Source: a bacterium
GTDB taxonomy: Bacteria > Electryoneota > Electryoneia > Electryoneales > Electryoneaceae
Direction of reading: 5' to 3'
DNA: 64,000 nucleotides
NCBI GenBank assembly: GCA_963669175.1
Contig: OY769902.1
Location: 1,792,001-1,856,000 of the forward strand
Shown here piece by piece: positions 62,046 through 64,000 of this stretch. The number at the start of each line of letters is the position of its first letter. Within the stretch, counting starts at the first letter, position 1. The translations under genes were made by a program, and so were the position numbers. The notes beneath the pieces were generated by a model. It was not told the origin of the DNA and did not search any database. It was given only the letters and a program-made list of their open reading frames with translations.

Positions 62046-63131
62046 ATGGTACGCCGGTGTGTAACAGGATACCGGAACTTTCTTCTTATCGTCATCCTCC
62101 TGCTGATGATTGTTGGAACAGCAACATCGGCTGGCAATACCCTGTTTGCTGCCGGGGCGACATTTCCCTATCCACTGTACAGGGCTTATTTCGAAAAGCT
62201 GCATGAAGTCAGTGGGATACGGATCCTGTATGAGGCGTTGGGCTCTGGGGAAGGTGTGAAAGCGTTGCTTGAGAAACGAGTCGATTTTGGCGCTACTGAT
62301 TTTTTCCTGAATGATTCGCTGATGGAGCAGGCGGGCAGGGATATTCTGCATGTTCCCACCTGTGTCGGCGCCGTTGTGTTGACCTATAACCTGCCCGGCA
62401 ATCCTCAATTGAATCTCACGCCGGAGCTGATCGCGGGCATTTTTTCCGGAGATATTTCGTATTGGAATGATGCACGGATTCGCTGGGTGAATCCCGGGAT
62501 TTCGTTGCCACGTATGCCGATAACCGTGGTGCATCGTTATGACAACAGCGGCACCACTTTCATGTTCAGTGATTATCTGAGTAAAGTATCCTCAAACTGG
62601 CGGGATTCAGTTGGCAAGGGCAAGCAGTTACAGTTCCCCGTTGGTTACGGCGCTGAAGGCAACGCCGGAGTGAGCCGGATGGTCAGCCGCGCTGAGGGGG
62701 CAATCGGCTACCTGGAGCTGGCTTATGCTGAAGAGGCCGGCCTGCCGAAAGCGGCGGTACAGAACAAGTCCGGGCAGTTCATTGTACCGGATACGCGCAC
62801 GGTGAGCCTGGCCGCCAATGTGGACATGCCCCAGGATACACGGATTTCCATCACTGATACAGACGCCCCGGAAGGATACCCGATCAGTGGATATACCTGG
62901 CTCATTTTCTATCGTCAACAACAGTACAATGGGCGCACACGTCAGCATGCTATTGCCCTGGTTGATCTCCTGATGTGGATACTGGAGGAGGGGCAGGAGA
63001 TTAATCCTGTTCTTCACTATGCGCCATTACCGGATATTGCGAAGGTGCGAGCAAAAGAAATCATTCTGTCCATTCGATACGGTGATACAGAATTGCTGTC
63101 TGTGGGCAGTGATCTGACGGACTTGAGGTGA
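62046..63131 (+). CDS. pstS: Phosphate ABC transporter substrate-binding protein PstS
   Basis: GATFPYPLY, GSGEG, DFGATD, R.D.SGTT, GAIGYLE, YPISGYTW. Confidence 0.93.
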   Translation: MVRRCVTGYRNFLLIVILLLMIVGTATSAGNTLFAAGATFPYPLYRAYFEKLHEVSGIRILYEALGSGEGVKALLEKRVDFGATDFFLNDSLMEQAGRDILHVPTCVGAVVLTYNLPGNPQLNLTPELIAGIFSGDISYWNDARIRWVNPGISLPRMPITVVHRYDNSGTTFMFSDYLSKVSSNWRDSVGKGKQLQFPVGYGAEGNAGVSRMVSRAEGAIGYLELAYAEEAGLPKAAVQNKSGQFIVPDTRTVSLAANVDMPQDTRISITDTDAPEGYPISGYTWLIFYRQQQYNGRTRQHAIALVDLLMWILEEGQEINPVLHYAPLPDIAKVRAKEIILSIRYGDTELLSVGSDLTDLR

Positions 63132-64000
63132 ACGTGCATGAGGCGCGACCACACATAGGTGCAATTATTTTTCTTCCCTGCCTTTTCCTGCTGCTTGGAA
63201 TGGTCGTTCTTCCAGCTCCGGCAGAAGCGAATGATGCTGTTTTCATTCGTGTCGGTGTTATGGATGCCATGCATGATTCCATTCATGATGAGATCGGAAC
63301 CATCCAGGACATCTTCCGCGTTATCCTGGAGGAGATTTCTGACACTGAAGAGTGGGAGGTCGAGTTTATTGAAGGGGATCGTGCTGGCATCCTCGAGAAA
63401 CTGCATCACGGTGAACTTGACCTTGTGATGGCTGTTCCGGTCAGCCTTGCCGAGCAGGAATCGCTGTTCGTTTCCACTGAAACAATCATGTCCACCTGGG
63501 GGCAGGTGTATGTTCGGGATGGCAATCGCATCCAATCCTACCTGGATATGGAGGGGAAATCGGTCGCTTTTCTGCAAGAGGATGCCTATTTCCGGGAATT
63601 CAGGAAAATATCCGAACGCTTCAATATTGAATGTGACCTGGTTACAGCGAAATCATACCGGGATGTATTGGCGGCGGTTCGCAACGGGTTTGTGGATGCG
63701 GGAGTGGTGGAACGTACCCACGGCATGGCCCTCTACGAAGCATACAATGTCACTGACACGCCACTGATTTTTTCGCCTTCAGAACTGCGTTTTGCTGTTG
63801 CCGAGGAGAACAACGCTGAACTGCTCCACGCGATCGATTACCAAGTCGCGTTATACAAACGGGATCAGAATTCAACCTATTATACCATTCTGGAGAAATA
63901 CTTCGGACCGGAAAATGTGTTTATCGTTCCCGGTTGGCTGAAAGCACTGATCGCCGGAATAATCATCATGCTTGTCATTTTACTGGTCACAACGCTGGTG
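63128..64000 (+). CDS. Membrane signal transducer with a periplasmic PBPb (SBP_bac_3-like) sensor domain, 3' truncated; absent from the ORF track
   Basis: Hand translation from GTG 63128 stays open to the window end: signal peptide, IRVGV, GELDLV, DMEGKSVA, GFVDAGVV, IFSPSELRFAV, then TM PGWLKALIAGIIIMLVILLV. Confidence 0.82.
   Translation, partial: MNVHEARPHIGAIIFLPCLFLLLGMVVLPAPAEANDAVFIRVGVMDAMHDSIHDEIGTIQDIFRVILEEISDTEEWEVEFIEGDRAGILEKLHHGELDLVMAVPVSLAEQESLFVSTETIMSTWGQVYVRDGNRIQSYLDMEGKSVAFLQEDAYFREFRKISERFNIECDLVTAKSYRDVLAAVRNGFVDAGVVERTHGMALYEAYNVTDTPLIFSPSELRFAVAEENNAELLHAIDYQVALYKRDQNSTYYTILEKYFGPENVFIVPGWLKALIAGIIIMLVILLVTTLV

Noticed and set aside
63159-63767. Short ORF-track entries near the window end
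   Set aside because: They are alternative frames of the real unterminated CDS starting at 63128.

Overview
Bacterial chromosomal segment of moderate GC content. Gene content and order suggest a non-Bacteroidota FCB-group lineage (inference only). 1-6 kb: purB-purC-psd-pssA-purS-purQ-tatC-tatA/B-glutaminyl cyclase operon. 6-19.6 kb: a REP-rich spacer, a PIN-PhoH protein, HD and DinB proteins, an orphan Cache/poly-HAMP chemoreceptor, three tandem HD-GYP genes (two apparently degenerate), thioredoxin, TlpA and a WD40 protein. 19.7-56 kb: the contiguous translation/transcription supercluster (tRNA-Thr/Tyr/Gly/Thr, tuf, rpmG, tRNA-Trp, secE, nusG, rplKAJL, rpoBC, str, S10, spc and alpha operons), with an SGNH hydrolase inserted between secY and adk and several extended ribosomal proteins. 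56-58.3 kb: an AT-rich islet with an FRG-domain gene divergent from three microproteins, two of them paralogous. 58.3-64 kb: TonB-dependent receptor and DUF4249-like lipoprotein (palindromic repeats lie in frame at its 5' end), then pstS coupled to a truncated PBPb-type membrane sensor. Best candidates for undescribed biology: the FRG/microprotein islet, the HD-GYP trio with a shared upstream stem motif, a structured leader upstream of rpsL, and the PstS-sensor pair. All calls are by eye, without database searches.
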